The notes: generated by a model from the letters alone, not told the origin. Positions 21,943 through 33,070 are shown, counted from the first letter of the stretch. The stretch is 64,000 nucleotides of DNA from an uncultured Candidatus Saccharibacteria bacterium (GCA_964586695.1 CAZPGQ010000002.1:6337-70336); one strand, 5' to 3'. A program made the numbers and translations.

Positions 21943-22533
21943 CTATTGGAAATTTACCTGACCTGTTTTTTCTACCGTTATTGTAACAGTCTTACTTTTT
22001 GGAGACCTTAAAATAATTTTACCTGTATTTTTAGTAACTATATAATTATTACTACTATCAACAAAGTATATTATCGAATCTGGATCAGGACGAAGAAAAC
22101 CTATGTACATCCTTGTAGCGTTTGGAGGTGGACAAATCAAATCCCCACAAATACCATCAATTACAACATTACTTTTATATGCCCCCTTTTCAATACACTC
22201 TGTAGTACTAGTACCACAACCTGTTCCAACATCATAACGACCGTTAACATTTTTATCCACAAACAAATAGTAATCTGGACTTGAAGTGTCAAAATAAACG
22301 GCATAAGAATAATTAAAATTACCCCCAGAAACAGATGCCTCCCTAACATTTATTGCATAAGCTTGTGCTTGTTTTATTAATGACGCTATATCCTGAGCTG
22401 ATGCTGTCAAAGCCAATCTATCATTAAAATCAGAATAATTAAACAGCACAAAACTAGATATTATGGTTACTATTGATATAGAAACCAAAAGCTCAATTAA
22501 AGTGAAACCTCTTAAAGATTTTATGGTTTTCAT
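21943..22533 (-). CDS. Type IV minor pilin (FimU/GspH-like)
   Basis: RGFTLIELLVSI; C-terminal TITVEKTGQV. Confidence 0.85.
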   Translation of the reverse strand: MKTIKSLRGFTLIELLVSISIVTIISSFVLFNYSDFNDRLALTASAQDIASLIKQAQAYAINVREASVSGGNFNYSYAVYFDTSSPDYYLFVDKNVNGRYDVGTGCGTSTTECIEKGAYKSNVVIDGICGDLICPPPNATRMYIGFLRPDPDSIIYFVDSSNNYIVTKNTGKIILRSPKSKTVTITVEKTGQVNFQ

Positions 22534-22535
22534 AA

Positions 22536-23372
22536 TTAACTCAATAGTTCTTTTATACCCAACACATCAATTCCACTAAAAAATACAATAACCATAGCCA
22601 GTATAAGAAATGGAGCAAACGGAATTTCGGAACTAACACTAACTCCATTATTTTTAGATAATTTGCTCCTTAATAGAATAAATACGCTGTATATTGCACC
22701 TATCCAAAAGGCCAATACTACAGCATTTAAACCAGAAGAAAGCCCCATAAATGCACCGATACCAAAAACAAGCTTAGCATCACCAAATCCCATCCAAAGA
22801 CCAGATGACACGAGCCACAACAAGGCAAATGGTGTAAATAAGATAAGAGGCGCAGACAAATCTAGATAATCCAAGAAAGAAAGATCAAAGTCTTTACAAT
22901 AAGCAAAGATAAAGAAACGAATCAGTGAAAGGAAAATAAAAGTGTATACCAGCTTATCTGGAATTATTTTATGCTTAATATCATATATACACATAACCAA
23001 CAAAAGAGAAAAGACCACTATATAGTAAATAGAAAATAAAACAGAATAAACAAGAGCATTTTCCAAACCAACATACATTGGCCAAAGCATATACTGTCTT
23101 AGACCAATCAATACAAATATTAAGCCAGCAGAAGCTTCGACAATAGGATACTGAATTGAAATCTCACTATGACAAGTTCGACATTTACCCCTTTGAAACA
23201 AAAAACTAAAGAGTGGTATTAGCTCGTACCATTCTAATGTTTTGTTACAATCGAAACATTTTGATCTTCCTGAAGCGAAAGAAAGCCCGCTGTTATATCG
23301 CAAACCTATTACATTAACAAAACTGCCGACAATAGTACCGAAAACAAAAAGTAGTATGAACAATAGCTCCAT
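22536..23372 (-). CDS. pilD: Prepilin peptidase (A24)
   Basis: GSFVNV, RSKCFDC...GKCRTC, GFGDAKL and IPFAPFL. Confidence 0.95.
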   Translation of the reverse strand: MELLFILLFVFGTIVGSFVNVIGLRYNSGLSFASGRSKCFDCNKTLEWYELIPLFSFLFQRGKCRTCHSEISIQYPIVEASAGLIFVLIGLRQYMLWPMYVGLENALVYSVLFSIYYIVVFSLLLVMCIYDIKHKIIPDKLVYTFIFLSLIRFFIFAYCKDFDLSFLDYLDLSAPLILFTPFALLWLVSSGLWMGFGDAKLVFGIGAFMGLSSGLNAVVLAFWIGAIYSVFILLRSKLSKNNGVSVSSEIPFAPFLILAMVIVFFSGIDVLGIKELLS

Positions 23373-23415
23373 ATAACTATTATATTATTAAAATCAAACA
23401 TTTGCACCAAAGATA

Positions 23416-23835
23416 CTAACAAGCGGTGATGCGACCTGCGCCAGCTGGTCTAGGTATCTGCTTAGAACTACCCACACTATCAACACACCAAACCTGCGCG
23501 CCACCGACAGAAGATTTGAGTGGGACCCAAGCGGCCCAAGCAACAATACTAGGCCAGCAAACCCCAACACTACCACCACTAGCATTTTTTGCTGCTTGAA
23601 ACAACTCATTCATTCTAGACTCTGCACAAATTGACCTAAAACCAATATCATTTACGTCATACCAATTTTCTCCTTCCCCTCTCATTGCGGATAAATTACT
23701 TTTTATTGCAGAATCTGCTGCATTATTTCTACCTGTCGTAAAAAAATTCAGCACAACTGATGACAATATACCGATAATCGCAATAACCACCAACAATTCG
23801 ATAAGTGTAAAACCTCTAATAGTTTTATATGTCAT
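23416..23835 (-). CDS. Type IV pilin (third tandem copy, divergent)
   Basis: RGFTLIELLVVIAIIGILSSVVL; C-terminal WCVDS. Confidence 0.9.
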   Translation of the reverse strand: MTYKTIRGFTLIELLVVIAIIGILSSVVLNFFTTGRNNAADSAIKSNLSAMRGEGENWYDVNDIGFRSICAESRMNELFQAAKNASGGSVGVCWPSIVAWAAWVPLKSSVGGAQVWCVDSVGSSKQIPRPAGAGRITAC

Positions 23836-23914
23836 TTTATAATTTTAACAAGAATTGGCTCAATTATTATTAATAATAAACTATTTTTTTTAAAAAATAT
23901 AGTTTATTGGCAAC

Positions 23915-23939
23915 AAAAAACCGCAAATAGCGGTTTTTT
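23915..23939. terminator. Intrinsic terminator after pilin 2
   Basis: AAAAAACCGC-AAATA-GCGGTTTTTT. Confidence 0.75.
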
Positions 23940-23963
23940 GTACATTATAAAACGTAAAATAAA

Positions 23964-24443
23964 CTAAGTGTTTGCAATTACACAATCTGCATCTGTATTT
24001 GCGTCAAAAGTAGCAGTAGTAATTTGCATTGAGTTACCTGAATTATCCACACACCAAGCATTAGCGGGATCAGTCTTCAGAGGAGATGCTATTACATACC
24101 AAGTAGAATCCCCGGCGCAAATCACTTCAACATTACCATTCTTTACTATAGCATCATCAATCTGTTTCTGGACAGTTGGGTCGTCGGAAACTGAACTTGG
24201 CTGTCCAGCTGCCCCACAAGTGGCATTATAGTAAGCGCCAACAGGACCATAGTTACCACTAGTATCATAAAATACCTCAGCAGCCGCTCTAATACCTGCG
24301 ATGTCAGCCTTTATAGCAGCGTCAGAACCCTTTGCTCTTGCTGTATTGAGGGATGCCAAAACAACTGATGACAATATACCGATAATCGCAATAACCACCA
24401 ACAATTCGATAAGTGTAAAACCTCTGTTAAGTCTATTTTTCAT
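23964..24443 (-). CDS. pilA: Type IV major pilin (copy 2)
   Basis: RGFTLIELLVVIAIIGILSSVVLASLNTAR; WCVDNSG. Confidence 0.88.
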   Translation of the reverse strand: MKNRLNRGFTLIELLVVIAIIGILSSVVLASLNTARAKGSDAAIKADIAGIRAAAEVFYDTSGNYGPVGAYYNATCGAAGQPSSVSDDPTVQKQIDDAIVKNGNVEVICAGDSTWYVIASPLKTDPANAWCVDNSGNSMQITTATFDANTDADCVIANT

Positions 24444-24518
24444 TATTTTAAAATGATTATTATAATTAGTTACTTAATAATAAATCATTTATTTTATAAA
24501 GTATAGTTTATTATTAAC

Positions 24519-24543
24519 AAAAAACCGCAATTTGCGGTTTTTT
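24519..24543. terminator. Intrinsic terminator after pilin 1
   Basis: AAAAAACCGC-AATTT-GCGGTTTTTT. Confidence 0.75.
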
Positions 24544-24568
24544 GCACATCATGAAATGTGGAAATATA

Positions 24569-25051
24569 TTAACTATTTGCTAATACACAGTCAGAATCTC
24601 CAGTACCTGTGAAAGTAGCCATTGTAATCTGCATTGAATTACCTGAACTATCCACACACCAACCATTAGCTGTACTTGTCTTTAGAGGAACAGCAACAAC
24701 ATAGAGTGAAGGAGAACCAACACATATCGCATCTGTACCACCATTCTTTGCAACAGCATCATCAATTTGTTTCTGTACTATTGGATCTGCTGAAACTGAA
24801 CCAGCAGTAGGTGAAACGCCACAAGATCCATCAAAAAATAGAGCGGCTGAACCGTAGTTACCATTAGCTGTATCATAAAAAACCTCTGCAGCGGCTCTGA
24901 TACCTGCAACGTCCGCTTTGATAGCAGCATCTGATCCCTTACTTCTAGCTGTGTTTAGTGAAGCCAAAACAACTGATGACAATATACCGATAATCGCAAT
25001 AACCACCAACAATTCGATAAGTGTAAAACCTCTGTTAAGTCTATTTTTCAT
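24569..25051 (-). CDS. pilA: Type IV major pilin (copy 1)
   Basis: Same N-terminus as copy 2; WCVDSSG. Confidence 0.88.
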   Translation of the reverse strand: MKNRLNRGFTLIELLVVIAIIGILSSVVLASLNTARSKGSDAAIKADVAGIRAAAEVFYDTANGNYGSAALFFDGSCGVSPTAGSVSADPIVQKQIDDAVAKNGGTDAICVGSPSLYVVAVPLKTSTANGWCVDSSGNSMQITMATFTGTGDSDCVLANS

Positions 25052-25211
25052 AATTAAATTTTATAATTTTTATTACTAATTTTTTATAATATAACCTCCA
25101 TAATTATTCGACCATCGCTCTCTTTTCAGAGATTACCGTTTTATATAAACGAATAGATATATTATACGGCTGTATTAGAACTAATAAAAGTACCCCTGTG
25201 GATAAGCCACT

Positions 25212-26423
25212 CTATGCAGCAGAAGCAATATTGTATATAGGCATCAAAACAGCGGCCAGAAGCACTCCAACTCCGAGACCAAGAGAAACAATCATCACAG
25301 GCTCTATAAGACTAACCAGAGTGTCGACAGCTGTCATAACTTCTCTTTGGTAGAAATTTGATAGGGATTTAAGAATTTTACCCAATTCCCCCGTCTCCTC
25401 TCCAACCTTAACCATCTGGGTAAGAATATTTGGGATTTCTTTATGCTGCGCAAAAGCATTTGATAGAGATGTTCCTTCTTTAACCTTCTGTAGTGCATCA
25501 TTTAGAATATCTCTAAACATTATATTGTCTACAATTGAAGAAGTTATTTCTAAAGCCTTTAAAATTGGTATTCCACTAATAATCATAGTATTTAAGTTGT
25601 CTGCAATACGTGACAAGTAAAGTTTCCTGTACAAATCTCCTACATATGGAACATTAAGTTTAAGGGTATCAAAATATGCAGCTCCTTCTTCTGTCTGCGC
25701 ATACTTCCACGACATAAAACCCAAAACAACCAACCCAATTGCCATATAAATGCCATAATTTATGAAAAGACTACTTAAATTTAAAACTATAGATGTATAT
25801 ACAGGCACAGGTTGACCAGAGTCAGTTATCATCAAAGCAATTTTAGGAATTATGACTGTTAGCATCAGAACCATAACAGCCAAAAATGTAAATATAATAA
25901 ATGCTGGATATATTAATGCACTTTTTGCTTTTGATGTTACAGCATATGTTCGATCAAGATAGTCTGCTAAGTAGTTAAATATTTCATCCAACTTTCCAGA
26001 CTCTTCACCAGACTTAACCATATTTACGTAAAAACCAGAAAATGTATCTGGATATTTTGACAAAGCCATTGAGATAGAACTTCCACCTTGTATATCATCT
26101 GAAACTTGAGACAAATATTTTGAAAGCAACTTATTGTCAACCTGTGCAGAAAGTAATCTAAAAACTCTTAATGCTGATATTTGAGCTGAAAACAAAGTTG
26201 CTATCTGTCTAGACAATATGACTATATCTTTATTTGAAACTTTATTAAAAATAGCCAAATTGGATAAGTCAAAACCTTTTTGTGACTCATCTACAGAGTT
26301 TATTTGTGTAATAACCAGACCATTACTTTGTAGTTGCTTTATGGCAACATCCACATTAAAAGCCTCTACAGTTCCTTCTGTGGGTGAACCAGTTTTATTT
26401 ATGGCTTTATATTTGAATATCAT
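25212..26423 (-). CDS. pilC: Type IV pilus platform protein (GspF family)
   Basis: VNMVKSGEESGKLD, ALIYPAF, VGEETGEL and IEPVMIV. Confidence 0.95.
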   Translation of the reverse strand: MIFKYKAINKTGSPTEGTVEAFNVDVAIKQLQSNGLVITQINSVDESQKGFDLSNLAIFNKVSNKDIVILSRQIATLFSAQISALRVFRLLSAQVDNKLLSKYLSQVSDDIQGGSSISMALSKYPDTFSGFYVNMVKSGEESGKLDEIFNYLADYLDRTYAVTSKAKSALIYPAFIIFTFLAVMVLMLTVIIPKIALMITDSGQPVPVYTSIVLNLSSLFINYGIYMAIGLVVLGFMSWKYAQTEEGAAYFDTLKLNVPYVGDLYRKLYLSRIADNLNTMIISGIPILKALEITSSIVDNIMFRDILNDALQKVKEGTSLSNAFAQHKEIPNILTQMVKVGEETGELGKILKSLSNFYQREVMTAVDTLVSLIEPVMIVSLGLGVGVLLAAVLMPIYNIASAA

Positions 26424-26427
26424 AAAT

Positions 26428-27495
26428 TTATATCATTCTATCTAGACCTTTTGGATTCTGAGTGTGTAGATAAGCATTTTCAATAGAAATCTCCCCCGCC
26501 CTCACCAAGTCACTCAAGTATCTATTTAAATCAATCATTCCCTGATCTGAACTAGTTTCTATAACAGAATTTATTTCGTGTATACGATTCTCTCTGATTA
26601 GATTTGCAACAGCACTATTGTTTATAAGCAACTCTACAGCAGGAATAAGCCCTCCTGAAATTCTTGGTATTAAACGCTGAGAGAAAATTCCAAGTAAACT
26701 TGAAGATAACTGACTTCTAATCTGTGACTGCTGTCTTGTATCAAATGAGTCTATGATACGGTCTATAGTTTGCGCAGCATTGTTAGTGTGAAGTGTAGAA
26801 AAAACCAAATGTCCAGTTTCTGCAGCGGTAACAGCTGTAGAAATATCTTCAGGAGTTCTCATTTCACCTATCATAATCACATTTATGTCCTGTCTAAAAG
26901 TACCCTGAAGTGCTGTATGAAAATCTGGTGTATCTTCCAAAACTTCCCTCTGATCTATAATAGATTTTTTTGATTCGAATATGTACTCGACAGGGTCTTC
27001 TATAGTAACTATATGTTCTAGACGCTCTTGATTTATGATTTCAATCATAGAGGCAAGTGTTGTACTTTTTCCCTGACCAGTAGGACCCACAACAAGAAAG
27101 AAACCCTGCTTTTTGCTTGTAAAATTCGTAAGAATAGAAGGCAATTTTAATTCTTCAAGTGTTTTTACATGTCGAGGTATAATTCGAAGCGCTATACTTA
27201 TCTTACTCAACTGAATAAATGCATTACCTCTAAATCTTGCAATTGTTCCACTGTTATATGCAAAGTCTACTTCTTTCTTTGTAACAAATATTTCCTTTTT
27301 AGAATCGTCTATCATTTCATCCAGAACCCCCTTTACATCCTGTTTTGACATAACGCCCTGGTTTACAAGAGGAATCAAAATACCAGAAACACGAATAGCA
27401 GGAACTCTACCCTCTCCAATATGTATGTCCGAAGCACCTTCTTTCAAAAGAATTGCAATCAAAGTGTCTAATTGTTTTTTATAATCTGTTGCCAT
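26428..27495 (-). CDS. pilT: Type IV pilus retraction ATPase
   Basis: ASDIH, GPTGQGKSTT, TIEDPVE, AAETGHLVFSTLHT and NLIRE. Confidence 0.95.
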   Translation of the reverse strand: MATDYKKQLDTLIAILLKEGASDIHIGEGRVPAIRVSGILIPLVNQGVMSKQDVKGVLDEMIDDSKKEIFVTKKEVDFAYNSGTIARFRGNAFIQLSKISIALRIIPRHVKTLEELKLPSILTNFTSKKQGFFLVVGPTGQGKSTTLASMIEIINQERLEHIVTIEDPVEYIFESKKSIIDQREVLEDTPDFHTALQGTFRQDINVIMIGEMRTPEDISTAVTAAETGHLVFSTLHTNNAAQTIDRIIDSFDTRQQSQIRSQLSSSLLGIFSQRLIPRISGGLIPAVELLINNSAVANLIRENRIHEINSVIETSSDQGMIDLNRYLSDLVRAGEISIENAYLHTQNPKGLDRMI

Positions 27496-27882
27496 TTATT
27501 TTTGTTTATTTTTATAGACAGAAAGCACCTGATCAACAACTTCCGATGGAATAGTAGTTGCTTTTATTATATAACCATCAACACCAAGCACCTTTGCTTT
27601 ATCAAAATCATCTGCCTGATTTGTTAACATAATTATTGTTGATTCTGGCAATAATTTTTCCTCTCTAATTTTTTTAAGAAGCTCTAAACCATCCATACCA
27701 GGCATTATTATATCCATAAGTATAATGTTATAGACATTTGAGCGAATTTTTTCTAGAGCAGACAGACTATTTGATGACGTATCTATCTCAAGACCTGACT
27801 TCTTAAACTTCATGGAATACATATCGAGAAGAAACTTGTCATCATCAATAAGTAGTATTTTTATTTGTGGGTTATCTGACAT
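27496..27882 (-). CDS. Single-domain response regulator (receiver)
   Basis: ILLIDDD, ILMDIIMPGMDG, MLTN and YIIK. Confidence 0.9.
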   Translation of the reverse strand: MSDNPQIKILLIDDDKFLLDMYSMKFKKSGLEIDTSSNSLSALEKIRSNVYNIILMDIIMPGMDGLELLKKIREEKLLPESTIIMLTNQADDFDKAKVLGVDGYIIKATTIPSEVVDQVLSVYKNKQK

Positions 27883-27890
27883 TTTTTTGA

Positions 27891-29609
27891 TTATAACATA
27901 TTGACCTCTTCAAAAGGAATCAGCTTGTGCATTGCTTTTATAATTGCATCTTCTTTCATTGTGATCATTCCATTTGCTCTAACTAGTTTTGCAATTTCTA
28001 TTTCATTTGCACCTTTCAAGATCAAACTTTCTAGGTCTTTACCCATTTCCATAACTTCCATAACAGCAACTCTTCCTCTTGTTCCATTTGGGCATTCTGG
28101 ACTTTCACCTGCCTTATAAACTTTATCAGTGAATTCTATTTCATCTTTAAATTTCTTTGGCAGGTCTTCGAATTGTTTATCTATCATAACTTTTATACTA
28201 CCTTCTACCGCCATTGGCACACCAGCATCTGGACACAATCCCAACGCTAGGCGCTGTGCTATAGCCAAAATAAGCGTAGGGGCAATAAGATATGGATCAA
28301 TACCCATATCTATAAGTCTTGGAATCACGCCAACAGCTGTGTTCGTGTGGATTGTCGAAAGCACCAAGTGACCCGTCAAAGCAGCCTGTATGGCTAGCTG
28401 AGCTGTCTCTTTGTCTCGAATCTCACCCACCATTATAATGTCTGGGTCTTGACGAAGTGTTGTACGAAGTCCAGATGCAAATGTATAACCAATCTCTGAT
28501 TGAACTTGGGATTGAGATATACCCTCAATGTTATATTCGATAGGATCTTCAAGAGAAAGAACATTTTGATGTTCCCTATCAAGCTCGTTTAACATTGAAT
28601 AAAGAGTTGTTGTTTTTCCTGAACCTGTTGGACCAGAAATTAATATAAGGCCATACGGTTTATCAATCGCATCCCTGATAAGTTTTATATTTTTTGGACT
28701 CAAACCTAATTGTTCCAAAGTTTTTATACCCTTTTCTTGATCCAAAAGACGCATCACAACCTTCTCTCCAAAATATGTAGGGAATGTAGAAACACGAAAG
28801 TCTATCTTCCTACCTTCAATACGTGTAGTAAAACGACCGTCCTGTGGCTTCCTTCTTTCATCCAATCTCATTTCACTCAAAATTTTGATACGAGCAACCA
28901 CCGCAGAATGAACTTTTGAAGGCAACGTCAGACTTGTGTTCATAACGCCATCAACACGAAAACGAACCTTAACCTGTTCTCTCCACGGTTCAATGTGAAT
29001 ATCTGAAGCATTACCGTCTGAAGCATATCGTAGTATTGTTGCTACGATTCTTGTTACTGGTGCATCTTCTGAAATTTCACTTTCATTTGGAGTTTCATTT
29101 TCAGCATTTGCTCTTTCTTCCGCTCTCGTGGTTTCCAGTGCTAGTTCTGTTTCTAGCTCACTTAATGTCTTAGAAACCTCTGCTGTTATGCCTTTGTATT
29201 GTGAAGAAATTTTATTAAAATCTGCCTCAGAAATTAAGAAGATTTTAAACGGCATACCAATTTTTGTTGATATGAAATTTAATGCATCACGAGCCTCTAT
29301 GTCATCAGGATCAACCATTCCAACCTCTAGTACCCCGTTTGTAACAGCCAAAGGAACAAAACGATAGTGCGAGACTGAATCTTCTGGAATATAAGAAAGA
29401 ATTTTTTCTGAAACATCCTTACCACTCAAATTTTTTGTTGGTATATCAAAATACTCCCCTTTTGCCAAGAGAATATCGTGAGGAGAAACTCCATTTTTAA
29501 TCAAAGATTCTTCTATTGTTATACCTTCGTTAACAGAATAATCAGTAATCTTATTGACATCACTTTGATTAACTATTTTCTTTTGTACTAATATCTGAAT
29601 TATATCCAT
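27891..29609 (-). CDS. pilB: Type IV pilus assembly ATPase (GspE/PilB)
   Basis: ASDIHIEP, RKPQDGR, GPTGSGKTTT and LRQDPDIIMVGEIRD. Confidence 0.95.
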   Translation of the reverse strand: MDIIQILVQKKIVNQSDVNKITDYSVNEGITIEESLIKNGVSPHDILLAKGEYFDIPTKNLSGKDVSEKILSYIPEDSVSHYRFVPLAVTNGVLEVGMVDPDDIEARDALNFISTKIGMPFKIFLISEADFNKISSQYKGITAEVSKTLSELETELALETTRAEERANAENETPNESEISEDAPVTRIVATILRYASDGNASDIHIEPWREQVKVRFRVDGVMNTSLTLPSKVHSAVVARIKILSEMRLDERRKPQDGRFTTRIEGRKIDFRVSTFPTYFGEKVVMRLLDQEKGIKTLEQLGLSPKNIKLIRDAIDKPYGLILISGPTGSGKTTTLYSMLNELDREHQNVLSLEDPIEYNIEGISQSQVQSEIGYTFASGLRTTLRQDPDIIMVGEIRDKETAQLAIQAALTGHLVLSTIHTNTAVGVIPRLIDMGIDPYLIAPTLILAIAQRLALGLCPDAGVPMAVEGSIKVMIDKQFEDLPKKFKDEIEFTDKVYKAGESPECPNGTRGRVAVMEVMEMGKDLESLILKGANEIEIAKLVRANGMITMKEDAIIKAMHKLIPFEEVNML

Positions 29610-29611
29610 AT

Positions 29612-29953
29612 TTAAGGTCTAGATGCAGTTTGTGTTTTTGGAGCTCTATAAGTCCCATCCTCAGCACCTATAGGAGCAAATGGATTTGGTCTACCCTGCT
29701 CTTCAGGCGAAATAATAGACGAAAAATCGACTAAACTTAGAAAAGCTTCATTTGAAAAAATTGTTTTATCAATTTTTAAATCCTTAAGTTTAGTAACTAA
29801 TGCTACAACATCCTCACTAGTCGTTTCAGCCTCAATAGATTCATTAAGAACAACACCTTCTGTAGATTTGTTGTATAAACCGTAACCCAAATAGGCCACA
29901 AAAATAATAGTTATTGATACAGCTATTAATTTTTGAACGAGTGATGTGAGCAT
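29612..29953 (-). CDS. PilP-like alignment protein
   Basis: N-terminal TM, GRPNPFAP motif, position after pilO. Confidence 0.65.
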   Translation of the reverse strand: MLTSLVQKLIAVSITIIFVAYLGYGLYNKSTEGVVLNESIEAETTSEDVVALVTKLKDLKIDKTIFSNEAFLSLVDFSSIISPEEQGRPNPFAPIGAEDGTYRAPKTQTASRP

Positions 29954-29954
29954 A

Positions 29955-30509
29955 TTATTTTAGAGAATAGGTATTTACTTCTAATGAAACTTTGACCAAA
30001 GAATCCAACTTTGTACTATCTGACAATTCTACGTCCAGGCCAACAACATCTATGACTCTTAAACTAGTCTCTATATCATTCAAAAAACCTAATGCATCCT
30101 CATATTTACCAACAATATTAAAAGTCGCCGAGGTTGTCCTATATGTTGGTGTGAGTAAACCAGTTATATCATCTTGTCTAACATCGGATCTGTTGTCTGT
30201 AGTGGTAAACCCATCAAACGAAAGGTTCCTTTGGTTTGCCATACCTGTTAAATCATTAACAAAAGTAACTGGATCAAACTTATCTGGCACAGCCTTAGTC
30301 AGTCTATCCATATCTTCCTGTGATATCGTATTGTAATCCTGCAATATCTGATCTCTTTTATCATTTAAACCAGTAGCCTCTTGAATTACAGTTTTATAAT
30401 CTTTATTCATTTTTGCTAGTAATTTTACTTTACCAGCAAGAGGTACTATATAAAAATAGTACATAAAGATTGAAATTATAACGACTAATATTGGTGTTAA
30501 TGATTTCAT
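29955..30509 (-). CDS. pilO: PilO-like protein
   Basis: TM + coiled coil; IVGKYEDALGFLNDIETSLRVIDV. Confidence 0.8.
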   Translation of the reverse strand: MKSLTPILVVIISIFMYYFYIVPLAGKVKLLAKMNKDYKTVIQEATGLNDKRDQILQDYNTISQEDMDRLTKAVPDKFDPVTFVNDLTGMANQRNLSFDGFTTTDNRSDVRQDDITGLLTPTYRTTSATFNIVGKYEDALGFLNDIETSLRVIDVVGLDVELSDSTKLDSLVKVSLEVNTYSLK

Positions 30510-31151
30510 TTATGGTTCAATTTGTGACTCATCAGTTACAGTTGATTCAACCTGATCAACAGCAGTATCCTCTGCCTTCATATAAGAAATAACAGTAGTG
30601 TCTATACCAGATGTAAAAGTAATTTTCACATTACCATTGTCTTGTAATGAAAAATCGCCAAATGTAGGATTTACTATGTACGGATTCTGAGAAAAAATAT
30701 TTGATTGCTCGACTACTGCGTTATATGTCTGTGCCTCACCCGCCATTGTTAATGTTGGAATATTATTCTGCTTATTATAACTTAACTTTGTTAGTCTAAC
30801 TTTCTTTACAATTAAATCTTGCATGAGGTACAAAATTTCTGAAGTAGACACGTGATTATTTATAATTCTTCTTGCAGAAGTTATCTTAGCATCTACATCA
30901 ACCAACTCTTGCACTTTTTCGACTTGATAGACAGCTTTAGCTTTTTTTAAATCTTCATCTGCTTTACTTATCTGACTCAATAAAATCATTTTGTATAAAA
31001 ACAAGCCTCCAAAAGTAGCTAGAGAGATAACAAATATAGTATTAGAAATTATAGATATAATATTAATATCTCTTACAACATTTGAACTATGACCAGGTTC
31101 ATTTATTATAGATTTCTTAGGAATGAACGATGTTTGGAATGTTGGTTGCAT
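30510..31151 (-). CDS. pilN: PilN-like protein
   Basis: FQTSFIPKK N-terminus, TM, position after pilM. Confidence 0.75.
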   Translation of the reverse strand: MQPTFQTSFIPKKSIINEPGHSSNVVRDINIISIISNTIFVISLATFGGLFLYKMILLSQISKADEDLKKAKAVYQVEKVQELVDVDAKITSARRIINNHVSTSEILYLMQDLIVKKVRLTKLSYNKQNNIPTLTMAGEAQTYNAVVEQSNIFSQNPYIVNPTFGDFSLQDNGNVKITFTSGIDTTVISYMKAEDTAVDQVESTVTDESQIEP

Positions 31152-31237
31152 AAGTTATAAGTAATTATATTACAGTATATATAAAAAGACTATATGCTAT
31201 TGGTGGAAAACTAATTATAAACTATATAAATTAAAAA

Positions 31238-32350
31238 TTAATCTAACTCTTGTAACTTTCTCAACGCAATACCGACAGCAACAGCAAATTCTGGACCGGT
31301 TTCTTTTAATACTTTTTCTAAAAATGCTGGGGCAACTACTTTTGAAAATGGGTCTCCAGCAACAACTTCTGTCTGAAAAATATTTTTTGCAACATCAACA
31401 ACCCCTTTTAATGCACTACCTCCGCCAACAAGCATAACTTTACTTACGTTTTTGTTGTATTTTTTTTGATAAGCCATAACAACGTGACTTGCTTCAGAAA
31501 AAATATAATTAAGCGTAAAAGAAGCGACATCTTTGAGAGCTATACCGTTAATATCCCCTAAAAGTCCCTTCTCTCTCTTTAAATACTCTGCATCTTCGAT
31601 TGAAATTCCTATGGATTTTGAAAGTTCATCAGTTATATTGTGAGATCCCCTATCTATCATATGCGAAGATCTAAGTACACCTTTCTCAACAATGTATAAT
31701 TTTGTTGTAGATGCCCCCATATCAATTATCATTACTGGAGAGACTTCTTCGTCCAAAACCGAACGCATTGTACTAAAAATCTCTATCTCAAAAAACCCAG
31801 CAATAAGTCCAGTTTTTGTAACTATATCTTTGTATCGATTGATTGTGTCATTATGTAAAGCAACTATTAAAACCTCCATTTTCTGCATTGTTTCCCCTTC
31901 ATTCTCAACAGGTATTGGATCTATATTTTTTTCCTTTGGTACTACATACCAATCCAAAGTTACCTCTGAAATTGGAACTGGAATGTATTTTCTAGCTTCT
32001 ATTGGAACCATTTGCTCTAGCTGTTTTTTATCAACAACTGGCATATCTATCACGGTCATCAAGCTTGATGAAAACTGAATTGCAACACCGCAATCTCTTG
32101 TTGTAATATTGACCTCCTTCTCCTTTAAAATATCATTTACAGCTTCTATGATCTTTTCCGTCGAAAGATTTGTTGACTCTCCCACTCCCTTGCCAGAATA
32201 AGGTCCTAGAGCAAGTTCACCGTAAGTTTCTAGAACGGCATGACCATTCCTTTTACTTATTTGAACTATTTTTATTGAAGAGGAGCCTATATCTACACCA
32301 AGAACGCTGGCGCTTTGTTTATTAAATAGTTTTGTAAAGAAATTAGCCAT
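31238..32350 (-). CDS. pilM: Type IV pilus assembly protein PilM
   Basis: LGVDIGSSSIK, EARKYIP, IDMGASTT and AVAVGIALR. Confidence 0.95.
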   Translation of the reverse strand: MANFFTKLFNKQSASVLGVDIGSSSIKIVQISKRNGHAVLETYGELALGPYSGKGVGESTNLSTEKIIEAVNDILKEKEVNITTRDCGVAIQFSSSLMTVIDMPVVDKKQLEQMVPIEARKYIPVPISEVTLDWYVVPKEKNIDPIPVENEGETMQKMEVLIVALHNDTINRYKDIVTKTGLIAGFFEIEIFSTMRSVLDEEVSPVMIIDMGASTTKLYIVEKGVLRSSHMIDRGSHNITDELSKSIGISIEDAEYLKREKGLLGDINGIALKDVASFTLNYIFSEASHVVMAYQKKYNKNVSKVMLVGGGSALKGVVDVAKNIFQTEVVAGDPFSKVVAPAFLEKVLKETGPEFAVAVGIALRKLQELD

Positions 32351-32403
32351 AGAGAATTTTGTTCCTATTCAAGTTAGTATAACACATTTATTGGCTGTAT
32401 AAT

Positions 32404-33066
32404 ATGTATATGTTGAAAAATATACAAAATATAATGGATTTTGTATTAGACAGCATACTTCCTCCTAGGAAAGATTTTGATATTGTTAAGAGACTTAATC
32501 CAGAAAAAATTTACAAATTACCAAAACCTGAAAAAGTTGTTGGTGAAGATTGGATTCACCCATTATTTCAATATAAGGATAAAAGAGTCAAAGCTATAGT
32601 ATGGGAATTAAAATACAGAGAAAACACTCTTCCAATCGATACAATAGGCAAAATACTATATGAAGAGATAATATCAACTATTTCGGATATATTTATCTTT
32701 GACAATGATGCCAGTTTTGTCTTAATACCAGTTCCAATAACAAAGTACAGAAGAATTGAGAGGGGTTATAATCAAAGTGAAATAATAGCAAAATCAATAA
32801 TACAATATGATCTAAACCACATTCTATTATATGCTCCACAGTGGTTAGAAAAAACAATAGACACTCCAAGACAAAGCCGTAGCGAGACAAAATATGACAG
32901 AGTGATGAATCTTCTGGATTCATTTAAGGCAAACCATATGGTTAAGGGGAAATATGTAATATTAGTTGATGACGTAGTAACAACTGCCAGTACTTTAAAA
33001 GAAGCTCGTAAAGAGCTTCTTTTAAATGGATCTAAGCAAGTTTTAGCTTTTACAATAGCGCACTAA
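32404..33066 (+). CDS. comF: ComF family competence protein (PRTase domain)
   Basis: IPVP, RGYNQS, ILVDDVVTTASTL and AFTIAH. Confidence 0.88.
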   Translation: MYMLKNIQNIMDFVLDSILPPRKDFDIVKRLNPEKIYKLPKPEKVVGEDWIHPLFQYKDKRVKAIVWELKYRENTLPIDTIGKILYEEIISTISDIFIFDNDASFVLIPVPITKYRRIERGYNQSEIIAKSIIQYDLNHILLYAPQWLEKTIDTPRQSRSETKYDRVMNLLDSFKANHMVKGKYVILVDDVVTTASTLKEARKELLLNGSKQVLAFTIAH

Positions 33067-33070
33067 ATAT

